A stretch of DNA of 64,000 nucleotides, taken from NCBI GenBank assembly GCA_964572175.1, contig CAZNEH010000001.1, positions 9,788 to 73,787 on the forward strand. The letters are read 5' to 3'. The notes under the pieces are model-generated. The model was not told where the DNA came from and did not search any database. It saw nothing but the letters and a program-made list of their open reading frames with translations. The stretch comes from an uncultured Gammaproteobacteria bacterium. GTDB taxonomy: Bacteria; Patescibacteriota; Patescibacteriia; UBA9570; CAZNEH01. Below are positions 45,935 through 55,049 of this stretch, piece by piece. Both the position numbers and the translations under genes were made by a program. Each line of letters begins with the position of its first letter. Position 1 is the stretch's first letter.

Positions 45935-46036
45935 TTCCATGACCTACACCGGGGGGATGTAGGTCGTATTTTTTTATTTTGACTAATTTGGGGTGGGGTG
46001 TTAAGGTTAAATTGAAAATAGTAACTTAGAACACTT

Positions 46037-46714
46037 ATGAAAAAATTATCCCTCGCGATCTTGGTATTAGCGTTTTTTGCGTTGACTATGCCAAGTAGCT
46101 CGTCCGCAGCTGTTAGAACTGTGACGACAATTAAAAAAGCTTCAGGTTTAAAAGCTGATATCTCCGCAGACTCTGATTCCAAACTTAGATGGACCAAGGT
46201 TTCCAAGACCAAGTATTATAAAGTTCAGCTTAAAAAGAAAAACGGTAAAAAAGTTAAGACTTGGACAAAGCGGAAAAAGAATTGGGTAAAGATTACGGAT
46301 AATGTAAAAGAGGGGAAGAAGTATAAGTATAGAGTGAGGGGTTGTAAAAAGAATAAATGTGGGAAGTGGTCGAAATATAAATATTTTAATACTAATGATT
46401 TAGTTGAAGAAACTGAAGAAGAGGTAGTTGTTAGTGAAGAGAGTAATGAACAATCAGAAGAGGTGGTTACTACGCCAGTAGTTGAGCCTACTCCAGATCC
46501 GACTCCTGATCCTGAGCCAACGCCTGAGCCGGAACCCACTCCTGAGCCAGAGCCAGTTAGCTATGAGTGTAGCGCAAATATTTATAATTGTAGTGACTTT
46601 AATTATCAGTCAGAGGCACAAGATGCTTATGAGCAGTGTTTAGCTGAAGTGGGGGATGATATTCATGATTTGGATAGGGATGGGAATGGGTTGGCTTGCG
46701 AGAGTTTAAAATAG
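46037..46714 (+). CDS. Secreted protein: basic FN3, PE linker, excalibur-like Ca-binding domain
   Basis: Signal peptide; YNCSDF..DLDRDGNGLACESL. Confidence 0.8.
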   Translation: MKKLSLAILVLAFFALTMPSSSSAAVRTVTTIKKASGLKADISADSDSKLRWTKVSKTKYYKVQLKKKNGKKVKTWTKRKKNWVKITDNVKEGKKYKYRVRGCKKNKCGKWSKYKYFNTNDLVEETEEEVVVSEESNEQSEEVVTTPVVEPTPDPTPDPEPTPEPEPTPEPEPVSYECSANIYNCSDFNYQSEAQDAYEQCLAEVGDDIHDLDRDGNGLACESLK

Positions 46715-46719
46715 AAGAT

Positions 46720-47448
46720 ATGAAAAAAAATAAATTTGAAGATAATTTATTTTATAAAAATTTTTATGGTAAAAATGGTTTTTTAACCCCTATAATGATT
46801 AAAATGGTTAAGGAGGGGCGTGGAAAAGATTCTGTTAATTTAGAAAAAGATGAACAGTCTACAGTAGATTGTTTTAAATTAGTAAAAGAAATTGATTTAA
46901 AAATAAGAGATTTAAATTATTGTATATACTTGATTAAATATTATCCTAGTAATAAAAAATTACGAGATAATATAACTAGGCACGATTACATAATTTATCA
47001 TTTAGAATATTTTTATATAAATGTAGTAGCGTTATTTGATAGGATTTTAAAATTATCAAATTTTGTACATGACATTGGCTTGTCTGATAAATATGTTAAA
47101 TTAGATATTCTTATTACAAATAAGAAGATAAGTAAGCAGCACGTTAGTGCATTAAAAAAGTTCAATAAGTCGATAGAAGAAATAAGAGGTATACAAAATA
47201 ATATAAAGCACAAAGAAAAATTGAAAGACCCAGGAATAAAGAACGCACAGTTACTAGAGTCTCTTTATAGGGTTAATAATTTAGACAAAAAAAGTGCAGC
47301 ATACTTGGGTTCTAAAAAAGAGTATAATAAATATATAAAAGATAAAGTGCAAAAAATAAAAGAATTTAACGATACTATAGAAGTAGTAGTTTTTGATTTA
47401 GTCGATTCTTTTTACAGCACGTATGAATCTAATTTTATTAATAAGTAA
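46720..47448 (+). CDS. Cthe_2314-like HEPN protein
   Basis: YHLEYFYINVVALFDR..., QNNIKH variant of RxxxxH; very AT-rich. Confidence 0.6.
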   Translation: MKKNKFEDNLFYKNFYGKNGFLTPIMIKMVKEGRGKDSVNLEKDEQSTVDCFKLVKEIDLKIRDLNYCIYLIKYYPSNKKLRDNITRHDYIIYHLEYFYINVVALFDRILKLSNFVHDIGLSDKYVKLDILITNKKISKQHVSALKKFNKSIEEIRGIQNNIKHKEKLKDPGIKNAQLLESLYRVNNLDKKSAAYLGSKKEYNKYIKDKVQKIKEFNDTIEVVVFDLVDSFYSTYESNFINK

Positions 47449-47454
47449 TTTTTC

Positions 47455-47709
47455 ATGCCCACATTCCGAGAAAAAGTACTAAAAGTAGTGTCTCAGATTA
47501 CGAAAGGGAAGGTTTTGACGTATAAGGAAGTAGCTAAGAAGGCGGGGAGTGCGGGAGCGTCGCGGGCAGTGGGGAATATCCTGAATAAAAATTACGATAA
47601 AAAAATACCCTGTCATAGGGTGGTTCGATCTGATGGGAAGATAGGTGGCTATAATCGAGGAGAGGCTAAGAAGAGAAATCTGTTAAAAGAAGAGGGAGTT
47701 ATCCTTTAG
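47455..47709 (+). CDS. MGMT family DNA-binding/repair protein
   Basis: ASRAVG, IPCHRVV. Confidence 0.9.
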   Translation: MPTFREKVLKVVSQITKGKVLTYKEVAKKAGSAGASRAVGNILNKNYDKKIPCHRVVRSDGKIGGYNRGEAKKRNLLKEEGVIL

Positions 47710-47781
47710 TGTTTTAAATTTGACTAGGGATAGCGGAAAATGTTATCCTTTAAAAAAGGAAGTATATTAATTTAAAAAAAT

Positions 47782-47940
47782 ATGCCAACAGAAAAAACAA
47801 AAAAAGCCAAAAAGAGGCATCGTAGCTGCATTAGCGGCAAGTATGTTTCAAAAAGCTCAGTTAAGCGCCATCCTAAAAGAAGCGTATCTGAGGTTGCAAA
47901 GAAACGTAAAACTGCGACTAAGAAAAAAGCAAAAAAGTAA
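47782..47940 (+). CDS. 52-aa very basic small protein (not in ORF track)
   Basis: MPTEKTKKAKKRHRSCISGKYVSKSSVKRHPKRSVSEVAKKRKTATKKKAKK; TTGACT..TGTTATCCT upstream. Confidence 0.6.
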   Translation: MPTEKTKKAKKRHRSCISGKYVSKSSVKRHPKRSVSEVAKKRKTATKKKAKK

Positions 47941-48155
47941 AACTACTAGAAAAAGAAAGAATTAAATAAGTGTTTAGTATACGGAGGGGAGGGCCGTCGG
48001 TGAGTTTTTTATACACAGGCTTTAAAGCCTGTTTTTTTATTATTTTATAGGGTGTTGAGCTTGTTTGTCGGTAGATGAGCCGTCGCGTTTTTTGTATTAA
48101 CAAAATTGAGAGGTAGTTTATAGTTAAAAGTGAATATAAAAATTTAATAAAAATT

Positions 48156-48965
48156 ATGAAAAAAGAAAAAATGAAAAGAAATAATAAGATAGTATTATTT
48201 CAAAGTAAAAAAATAAGGCGGGTTTGGCATAAAGAAGAATGGTATTATTCGGTTATTGATATCATTGATATTTTAACTGATAGCGCAAACTCAAGGGATT
48301 ATTGGTATCAAATGAAGAAAAGAGTTGGTGATGAAGAAAAAATTGAACTATCGACAATTTGTCGACAGTTGAAATTAAAGGCACTAGATGGAAAGATGAG
48401 ACTTACAGATTGTGCTAGCACAGAAGGAATTTTTAGGATTATTCAGTCAATTCCATCTCCTAAGGTCGAGCCATTTAAGAGATGGTTAGCTAAAGTTGGA
48501 AAAGAAAGATTAGACGAGATAGAGAATCCAGAACTAGCTCAAGAAAGAATGAAGAGAATATATGAACAAAAAGGATATTCTAAAGAATGGATTGATAAAC
48601 GATTAAGGGGAATTGCTATTAGACAGAATTTAACAGATGAGTGGAGAGAAAGAGGGGTTAAGAGACCTAATAATTACGCTATTTTAACAGCTGAGATTTC
48701 TAAGGCGACTTTTGGATTAACTCCAAGTGAATATAGAAGCGTAAAAGGATTAGATAAAAAGAATTTACGTGATTACATGACAGATCTTGAGTTAATATTT
48801 ACTATGTTAGGAGAAAGAGTGACGACGGAAATTTCTAGCCAAGAAAAACCAAAAAATATGCCGTCGCATAAAAAAGTTGCTAAGCGCGGAGGTGGCGTAG
48901 CTGGTAAGGCAAGAAAAGATACGGAAAAAGAATTAGGGCGAAGTGTTATTTCTGGAAATTTATAA
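48156..48965 (+). CDS. Bro-N domain protein
   Basis: IRRVW..EWYYSVIDII, IQSIPSPKVEPFKRWLA. Confidence 0.85.
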   Translation: MKKEKMKRNNKIVLFQSKKIRRVWHKEEWYYSVIDIIDILTDSANSRDYWYQMKKRVGDEEKIELSTICRQLKLKALDGKMRLTDCASTEGIFRIIQSIPSPKVEPFKRWLAKVGKERLDEIENPELAQERMKRIYEQKGYSKEWIDKRLRGIAIRQNLTDEWRERGVKRPNNYAILTAEISKATFGLTPSEYRSVKGLDKKNLRDYMTDLELIFTMLGERVTTEISSQEKPKNMPSHKKVAKRGGGVAGKARKDTEKELGRSVISGNL

Positions 48966-49955
48966 TTCCAACTCATCATCCTGAAGCCTGTCATAAGCAC
49001 AACCAGCAGCAACGGTCATAGAATCTTCATCATAAATAGAGTTATCACCCTTGTAATCTTCCCAGTCTTCCATGTGCTGGAGGATTTTATCTTCGTATTC
49101 GTCTTTTAAGTCAGGGTCAAAATAGTTAAAGGGACATTCATACCCCTCACTAGAGGCGACCATTAACTCCACACGCCCAAGGCTAGAGGTCCAGGTGCCG
49201 GCGCGGCCGATGAAGTCGCCAGCTTTAACTTCGTCGCCTTCAGAAACTTGAAGACTTTTAACATGGTCTATGTAAACTTGAACATCATTGCCCTCATATT
49301 TATTAATAATCAACTCATAATCATTAGTTGAGTTTTGAAAGACAGCGCTTTGAATAGTTCCGTTTACAGGGGAGTAAACTCTAGCATTGGGGCCGGTGCG
49401 ATATTCAAAAGTAGGCAACATTTTATATCCTCCGCTGCCAGTGGGGACAACAGCGCCGAATTCGTAAAAAAGTTTGTCTTCGTTATAACCAGAGGCAAAG
49501 TCAAAGGCTCCGGCGCGGTCGGTTGTTGAGCTATATCGTTTAAAATTAACAATTAAATTTTTTACTACTGGGGGAGGGGTGTCAGTAGTGGCTCGTAGTT
49601 TTTCACTCCAAGGGCCACAATTAAGCTTAGTCCGGCAGGCGCGGGCTTTAAAATAATAAGTGTATCCAGGAGATAGGTTTTTTAAAGTTTTTTTATAATT
49701 ATTGTCTTTAGTCCGGTTTCTAGTTACCCATTTTAATTTTCCTGACCTTCTTTCACGATAAGTTTTAACTTGATAAAAGTTGACCCCACTGTCTGTTATT
49801 TTTTTCCAGCGAACAGTAATTTTTTTGTTATAAGTTTGTAAAACCCTAAATTGATCAATAGTAGGGATGCTATAATCAGGAACAGCCAGAGCTGGTTTTA
49901 AATTAACACACAAAAAAGACACTATAATTATAAGCGAAGAAATTATAATTTTCAT
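48960..49955 (-). CDS. Secreted FN3 + M23 peptidase-like protein
   Basis: Signal peptide, basic FN3, VYSPVNG..YIDHV..VSEGDEVKAGD. Confidence 0.7.
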   Translation of the reverse strand: MKIIISSLIIIVSFLCVNLKPALAVPDYSIPTIDQFRVLQTYNKKITVRWKKITDSGVNFYQVKTYRERRSGKLKWVTRNRTKDNNYKKTLKNLSPGYTYYFKARACRTKLNCGPWSEKLRATTDTPPPVVKNLIVNFKRYSSTTDRAGAFDFASGYNEDKLFYEFGAVVPTGSGGYKMLPTFEYRTGPNARVYSPVNGTIQSAVFQNSTNDYELIINKYEGNDVQVYIDHVKSLQVSEGDEVKAGDFIGRAGTWTSSLGRVELMVASSEGYECPFNYFDPDLKDEYEDKILQHMEDWEDYKGDNSIYDEDSMTVAAGCAYDRLQDDELEL

Positions 49956-49956
49956 T

Positions 49957-50457
49957 TTATTTTATGCTAATGATTTTGTATTCGATTTGGCGTCCGTTGA
50001 TGGTAACCTTAACTAAGTCACCTATTTTGTGTCCGAGTAGGGCAGAGCCAAGAGGTGAGGAGTGAGAAATAACGCCCTTGCCAGGATCAGTCTCAGCCGA
50101 GCCAAGGATTTGGAAAGTCGCTTCTTTATCGTTTACAGAAATAGTAACAGTGTGGCCGAGTTGGATAGAGTCAGTGTCAGTAGAGGCTTTGATAATAGTA
50201 ACATCTTTGAGCTGTTCTTCAATATCGTCGATAGCGCGGTTGAGTCCGCGGAGACGGGACTTTGCATTTTGGTATTCGGCGTTTTCGGAAAAGTCTCCGT
50301 TTTCTGCGGCGATTCGCATTTCTTTAATAGTGCGGGGGCGGGAAACCTTAATAATGTGCTCCAGTTTAGACTTGAGCTCGTCGTATTTTTCTTGGGTTAA
50401 ATTTTTGTCGTATTTTTTAACCGCGTATTTACCCGGTTTTCGATATGGTGTTTGCAT
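49957..50457 (-). CDS. greA: GreA/GreB family elongation factor
   Basis: GDFSENAEY, ISHSSPLGSALLG. Confidence 0.9.
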   Translation of the reverse strand: MQTPYRKPGKYAVKKYDKNLTQEKYDELKSKLEHIIKVSRPRTIKEMRIAAENGDFSENAEYQNAKSRLRGLNRAIDDIEEQLKDVTIIKASTDTDSIQLGHTVTISVNDKEATFQILGSAETDPGKGVISHSSPLGSALLGHKIGDLVKVTINGRQIEYKIISIK

Positions 50458-50516
50458 AGGCCTATTATAGCAAATATGCTATAATAAATATATAGTTAAA
50501 AATTAAATATAAAAAT

Positions 50517-51191
50517 ATGAGTATTGGAATTTGGCCTTGGGTAGTCTTAGGACTAGGGTTGTTCGTAGGCTTTGTGGCCTTATTAGTAACTATTATTGTA
50601 GTTATTAAAATTAAAAAGTTTTTAGTGCCGATATTAATTTATCTGCCGTTTTTATTAGTTAGTTTAGTTTTAATTGGACTTTTTGTTTATCAAGTAGTGG
50701 TTTATTATGCCGATGATTACACAGATGATGATTGGTATTACAATTACAATACTAATACTGATTATGATTATAACTATAATACTAACACTAGTTATTATGA
50801 TGAATATGATTATTATGATGGGTTGGTAAAAAATACTGATTATGGATTTATTATCGACGTTGGAGCAGAGAATGAGATTAATTTTTGGGAAACTCCAGAG
50901 TATTATCCTTTAGAAGGGGTAACAGCCACTTATTATTATTGTTATCTGACAGATGACTATGATTATGAGGATTATTATTGTGGAACTGGCTGGGTAAATT
51001 CTTTTTCTATCCAAGTATATACTGAATCACAATGGCAGGTAGTTAGAGATTTGATAACTGGAACTTTAATGGGCCAAGATGGAGGATATTACTTTGTCTT
51101 AACTCATCCCAATGGTTTCTTACCGGATGATGTGCCAAGTACTCAAACATTTTATGATAGCGTAATTTATAGTATTGATTTTGCTGATTAA
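50517..51191 (+). CDS. Two-TM protein with Tyr/Asp/Asn-rich extracellular domain
   Basis: Hydrophobic N-terminus; YNYNTN repeats. Confidence 0.7.
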   Translation: MSIGIWPWVVLGLGLFVGFVALLVTIIVVIKIKKFLVPILIYLPFLLVSLVLIGLFVYQVVVYYADDYTDDDWYYNYNTNTDYDYNYNTNTSYYDEYDYYDGLVKNTDYGFIIDVGAENEINFWETPEYYPLEGVTATYYYCYLTDDYDYEDYYCGTGWVNSFSIQVYTESQWQVVRDLITGTLMGQDGGYYFVLTHPNGFLPDDVPSTQTFYDSVIYSIDFAD

Positions 51192-51702
51192 ACATAAAAG
51201 ACACAAAAGAGCTAAGAATTTAACTCTTAGAATAGAAGGCGATGGCCTAGTTGTAGTGACTAGGCCGTGGTTTGTGCCGAAAAAATTAGCTGAGATATTT
51301 TTTCAAGAACAGCGAGAGTGGATACAGAAAAAGATTGAAGACATGAAAAAGAGCCAGCGAGTGGTTTTAGGCGGTAGTAGAGAGCATTATTTAAAACACA
51401 AAGAAGAGGCTAGGCAGTTAATTTGTGAAAGGCTGGAATATTATAATCAATTTTATGGTTTTAAGTATCAGCGAGTGAGTGTGCGTAATCAAAAATCTAG
51501 ATGGGGGAGTTGTTCGCAAGATGGTAATTTAAACTTTAATTATAAGGTTCTATTCTTGACAAAAGAGGCTAGAGACTATATTGTAATCCATGAGCTTTGC
51601 CACTTAAAAGAACTGAATCATTCACATAGATTCTGGGCTTTAGTAGAGCAACAAGTGCCTAATTATAAACAATTAAGAAGAAAAATACGTGGAGTTGAGT
51701 AA
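51175..51702 (+). CDS. YgjP/DUF45-like metallopeptidase
   Basis: SRWGSCS, HELCH..NHS. Confidence 0.9.
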   Translation: MILLIKHKRHKRAKNLTLRIEGDGLVVVTRPWFVPKKLAEIFFQEQREWIQKKIEDMKKSQRVVLGGSREHYLKHKEEARQLICERLEYYNQFYGFKYQRVSVRNQKSRWGSCSQDGNLNFNYKVLFLTKEARDYIVIHELCHLKELNHSHRFWALVEQQVPNYKQLRRKIRGVE

Positions 51703-52654
51703 ATTAGAAGAAGTATTAAAAGATGAGCCTAAGTTTCGTTTAAAACAAATAGACGAGGCGATTTATGATAAAGCAATTGCTGGCTGGGATGAAGCAACGA
51801 CTCTTAGTAAACCTCTGAGAGAGAAGTTGAAAAAAGAATGTCCTTTAGGAATTAAAGGAAAAATATTTAAATCTGAAGACGGGAAAACAGAAAAAGCATT
51901 AATTGGAAAGGTAGAAGCTGTATTAATGAAGCATAAAGATGGCCGAGCCACGGTTTGCGTTTCTTGCCAAGAAGGATGCCCAATGGGATGTAGTTTTTGT
52001 GCTACTGGTAAGATGGGATTTTGTCGAAATTTAACAGCTGAGGAAATGGTGAGCCAAGTTTTATTTTTTAAACGCCAAGGTGAAGATATTTCTAATGTCG
52101 TGTTTATGGGAATGGGTGAGCCGTTTTTAAATTATGATGAAGTTTTAAAAGCAGTAAGGATTTTAAATAGTAAGATGGGCTTAGGAGCGCGTCGGATTTC
52201 TATTTCTACTTGTGGAATTATTGACGGAATTAAAAAATTAGCTAAAGAGGATTTACAAGTTAATTTAGCTTTAAGTTTGCATGCTCCGAATAATAAATTA
52301 CGGAGTCAATTAATGCCGGTAAATAATCGTTATAGTTTAGACAAAGTTTTGTCTGCGATTAATGATTATATTAAGCGGACAAATCGTCGAGTAATGCTAG
52401 AGTATGTAATGCTTGATAAAGTAAATGATAGCGAAGAACATGCCAAGGAGTTGGCTTGGTTATTGAAAAATAGTTTAAGTGGTTTATACATGGTTAATTT
52501 GATTAATTATAATCAAACTGGAAAGTATAAGCCGTCTGAAAATATTGAAAAATTTAAAGAAGTCTTGGAGCAAGAACATGTTCCAGTGACTCGTAGATAT
52601 AGTTTTGGGCAAGATATTAAAGGGGCTTGCGGGCAACTTGCTACGAAGAAATAA
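51689..52654 (+). CDS. rlmN: 23S rRNA m2A2503 methyltransferase RlmN
   Basis: CPMGCSFC, MGMGEP, GACGQL. Confidence 0.95.
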   Translation: MELSKLEEVLKDEPKFRLKQIDEAIYDKAIAGWDEATTLSKPLREKLKKECPLGIKGKIFKSEDGKTEKALIGKVEAVLMKHKDGRATVCVSCQEGCPMGCSFCATGKMGFCRNLTAEEMVSQVLFFKRQGEDISNVVFMGMGEPFLNYDEVLKAVRILNSKMGLGARRISISTCGIIDGIKKLAKEDLQVNLALSLHAPNNKLRSQLMPVNNRYSLDKVLSAINDYIKRTNRRVMLEYVMLDKVNDSEEHAKELAWLLKNSLSGLYMVNLINYNQTGKYKPSENIEKFKEVLEQEHVPVTRRYSFGQDIKGACGQLATKK

Positions 52655-55037
52655 TTTTAGTAACAGCGTTGATTAAGCTATTGGTGCGGACAATTATAGT
52701 TCCATCTTTAAAGGTTTTATAATCTTTGTCCATTTTTACTTGCTCGCGGACATGATCGGTACGCATATGGCTAGGAACATAAGTTTGTGTTTCTCTCATT
52801 CTTTCGCCTGGGTCAGCGTATTCTATTTCTACATGAAGACCTTCTTCCTCTAGGTCTTTTTTAAATTTAGCAATACTTGCATTTTCTTCAGCTCGGGCTT
52901 CAGTGATGTGGCTGACTTGAGGTAGGCGAAGAGTTATTCCTTCGTCTCTGGCTAAAGCTCGGCCTTCTTTTTCTGCGGCTTCAACAGCCTCTCGGTATTT
53001 TTCTCGATAGGCTTCTAGGTTTACTAAAGATTGCTGGTTAACTTCGTCTAAATCTATTTTTTCTGTGCCAGTATATTTGTTTAAAAGGTCAACGTAAATA
53101 TTATCAATAGTTTGTTGGACTAGTTCAGCAACTTGTTGGCGAATAGTAGGGTCGTCGATTTCACAAAAGCGTTCAACTATTTCTTGAGCAGAAAAACGAT
53201 GAGAGTTTTTAGCAGTGATTAGGGTTTCTATATTTTCTTGTTGCTCCGGAGCTAAAGCTTGCCAAGCTGGTGGAAGATTTTCTTGAATATCTACTAAAGC
53301 GTTTATTCTGGATTCCATTACTAGAGAGGTGGATAGCTCTCTCCAATGAGCTCGAACAAAGCGGACCAACTCTAAGGTTCCTTTTTTGGGGTTTTCAATA
53401 GAGGCTATGCTTTCAGCTGGCTTATCTTTTTTATTTTCTGGATCAATAATAAGATAAGTTTCTAATTGGTGAATTGCGGACTGCTCTTGTCTTTCTACTT
53501 CTTCTCCTTCTTGATTTTCTGGAGAGCGTTCTTTTTGCTTAGAGATACTTAGTTGACGAACAGTTTGACCATGGATTAAAGCTAGGGCATAGGCTTTAAG
53601 AATTAAAGACCTGTCATTATCAGGACTTACTAATAGATTATAATCGAGATCAAAACTTTCGGTTACAATGACATCACTATTTTCATCTAAAGCATAAAAA
53701 CCAGCTTCTCTAGAAGGGTGTTTTTTTGTAGGTGGGACAAGATGAATGGTTAATCCAGGTGAGACTCGATAAGTTCCTTTTTTAATACCTAAAGACGGGT
53801 ATTTTTTAATTTCTTCAGTTAAGCGATCACAGAATTGGGTTAAAGTAGTTTTTTGCTCAGGCGATAATTCTTGATTTTCCATAAATTCTTCTGGGAGAAC
53901 ATTTTTTTCATCAATGTAAACGATTCTAGACGGATCAATTGGGATTGATAATTCTTCAGAATGTATTATTCCTTCCCTTGGCTGTAAATTATTTTTTGTT
54001 TGCCAGTCATCACCAAAGACAAAGTCTGCTTGTTTATTGAGAGAGTCTAGAAGTTTTTTCTTTTTATCAGCGGATTTTTTATGTTTAATAGCGGCGTCTA
54101 AAAAAGAATTAATGTCTTCAGGGGTATTTTCGCTGATAAATAATTTTTTTCTAATTAAGCGTTGAGTTCTGGGTTTATTAGGGTTGTCTTCTATGGGAAA
54201 CATTAACTCATCAGGAGATTTGTCTATTTTTGGTATTTTTTGATCTGTAATTTGATTCATTATGCCGTAAAATTTTTCCTGTGAATCATTCATTATTCTA
54301 TTTTTTCCTAAGCCTAAAGCAATTATTCTAGCTTCATCTTTGTGCCCCATTTTGTATAATTGATAAGCTACTTCAGTAGAGTACTCCTCAATGATTAATT
54401 GGGCTTCAGGAGATTTTTTACCCCCTGGGTTTTCTGAAAAAGCCATTTTCATAGCAGTGGGATAAAATCCATACTTAATAACTTCGTCCATATTTAAATT
54501 TTTTTCAGGATGTTTTTGTATTTCTAATTTGGCGGCCTCTATTAATTCATTAAAAAAATTGGCGCAGTGTTCAGGGGTGTTTTTTCCTTCAGGAAATTCT
54601 CCCATTTTAGAAAGACCCTTAGCCATGGCTTCATGGATTCGTTTGTGCACTAATAATAATTGAGATTCTATACGACTATCTGGTTCTGCTTGGGATATTT
54701 CATAAAAAGATGCTTCTAGTTGAACCCAAAAAGCCAAAAAGGCGCCAGCTTTAGTAGATTTTTTTTTAGAAGTAAAAGCAGGTTCAAAAATAGCTTCAAT
54801 ATCCCGCTTCATTTTCTTATTAGCTAGGGTCAATTTTTTATATCCATCCGGGTCTTGTTGAAGGGTTTCTCTAAGAGCTATTCCGTCTTCGTTTATTTTT
54901 CTAAGTTGTTCAGTGAGGTTATCGGCGACTTCATTAGTAGGTAAGGAGTCTAATTCATTTATTGCGCGTTCTGGTCTAGTAGCAGCCCGTTGTTGTTTTC
55001 TTTTTCTGCGACGACGACTCGGGTTTTTTTTAGCCAT
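52641..55037 (-). CDS. Large hypothetical protein with poly-Arg/Lys N-terminus
   Basis: 798-aa ORF; no motif recognised. Confidence 0.7.
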   Translation of the reverse strand: MAKKNPSRRRRKRKQQRAATRPERAINELDSLPTNEVADNLTEQLRKINEDGIALRETLQQDPDGYKKLTLANKKMKRDIEAIFEPAFTSKKKSTKAGAFLAFWVQLEASFYEISQAEPDSRIESQLLLVHKRIHEAMAKGLSKMGEFPEGKNTPEHCANFFNELIEAAKLEIQKHPEKNLNMDEVIKYGFYPTAMKMAFSENPGGKKSPEAQLIIEEYSTEVAYQLYKMGHKDEARIIALGLGKNRIMNDSQEKFYGIMNQITDQKIPKIDKSPDELMFPIEDNPNKPRTQRLIRKKLFISENTPEDINSFLDAAIKHKKSADKKKKLLDSLNKQADFVFGDDWQTKNNLQPREGIIHSEELSIPIDPSRIVYIDEKNVLPEEFMENQELSPEQKTTLTQFCDRLTEEIKKYPSLGIKKGTYRVSPGLTIHLVPPTKKHPSREAGFYALDENSDVIVTESFDLDYNLLVSPDNDRSLILKAYALALIHGQTVRQLSISKQKERSPENQEGEEVERQEQSAIHQLETYLIIDPENKKDKPAESIASIENPKKGTLELVRFVRAHWRELSTSLVMESRINALVDIQENLPPAWQALAPEQQENIETLITAKNSHRFSAQEIVERFCEIDDPTIRQQVAELVQQTIDNIYVDLLNKYTGTEKIDLDEVNQQSLVNLEAYREKYREAVEAAEKEGRALARDEGITLRLPQVSHITEARAEENASIAKFKKDLEEEGLHVEIEYADPGERMRETQTYVPSHMRTDHVREQVKMDKDYKTFKDGTIIVRTNSLINAVTKIISS

Positions 55038-55049
55038 ATTTTTATTTAT

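Larger units (their letters stand above)
42190..45975 (+). other. Array of nine co-oriented GC-rich mini-gene cassettes
   Basis: Repeated promoter-RBS-GC-rich ORF-hairpin-T-tract units separated by AT-rich spacers. Confidence 0.8.

Noticed and set aside
43364-45967. CRISPR repeats
   Set aside because: Only three copies, more than 1 kb apart, separated by genes; no cas genes.
42190-45975. Integron cassette array
   Set aside because: The hairpins lack RYYYAAC...GTTRRRY ends, the cassettes have their own promoters, and no IntI is adjacent; the two recombinases are over 36 kb away in their own island.
42192-46212. Many overlapping alternative-frame and antisense ORFs in the GC-rich array
   Set aside because: Expected from stop-codon scarcity at high GC; they lack the RBS/promoter support of the chosen frames.
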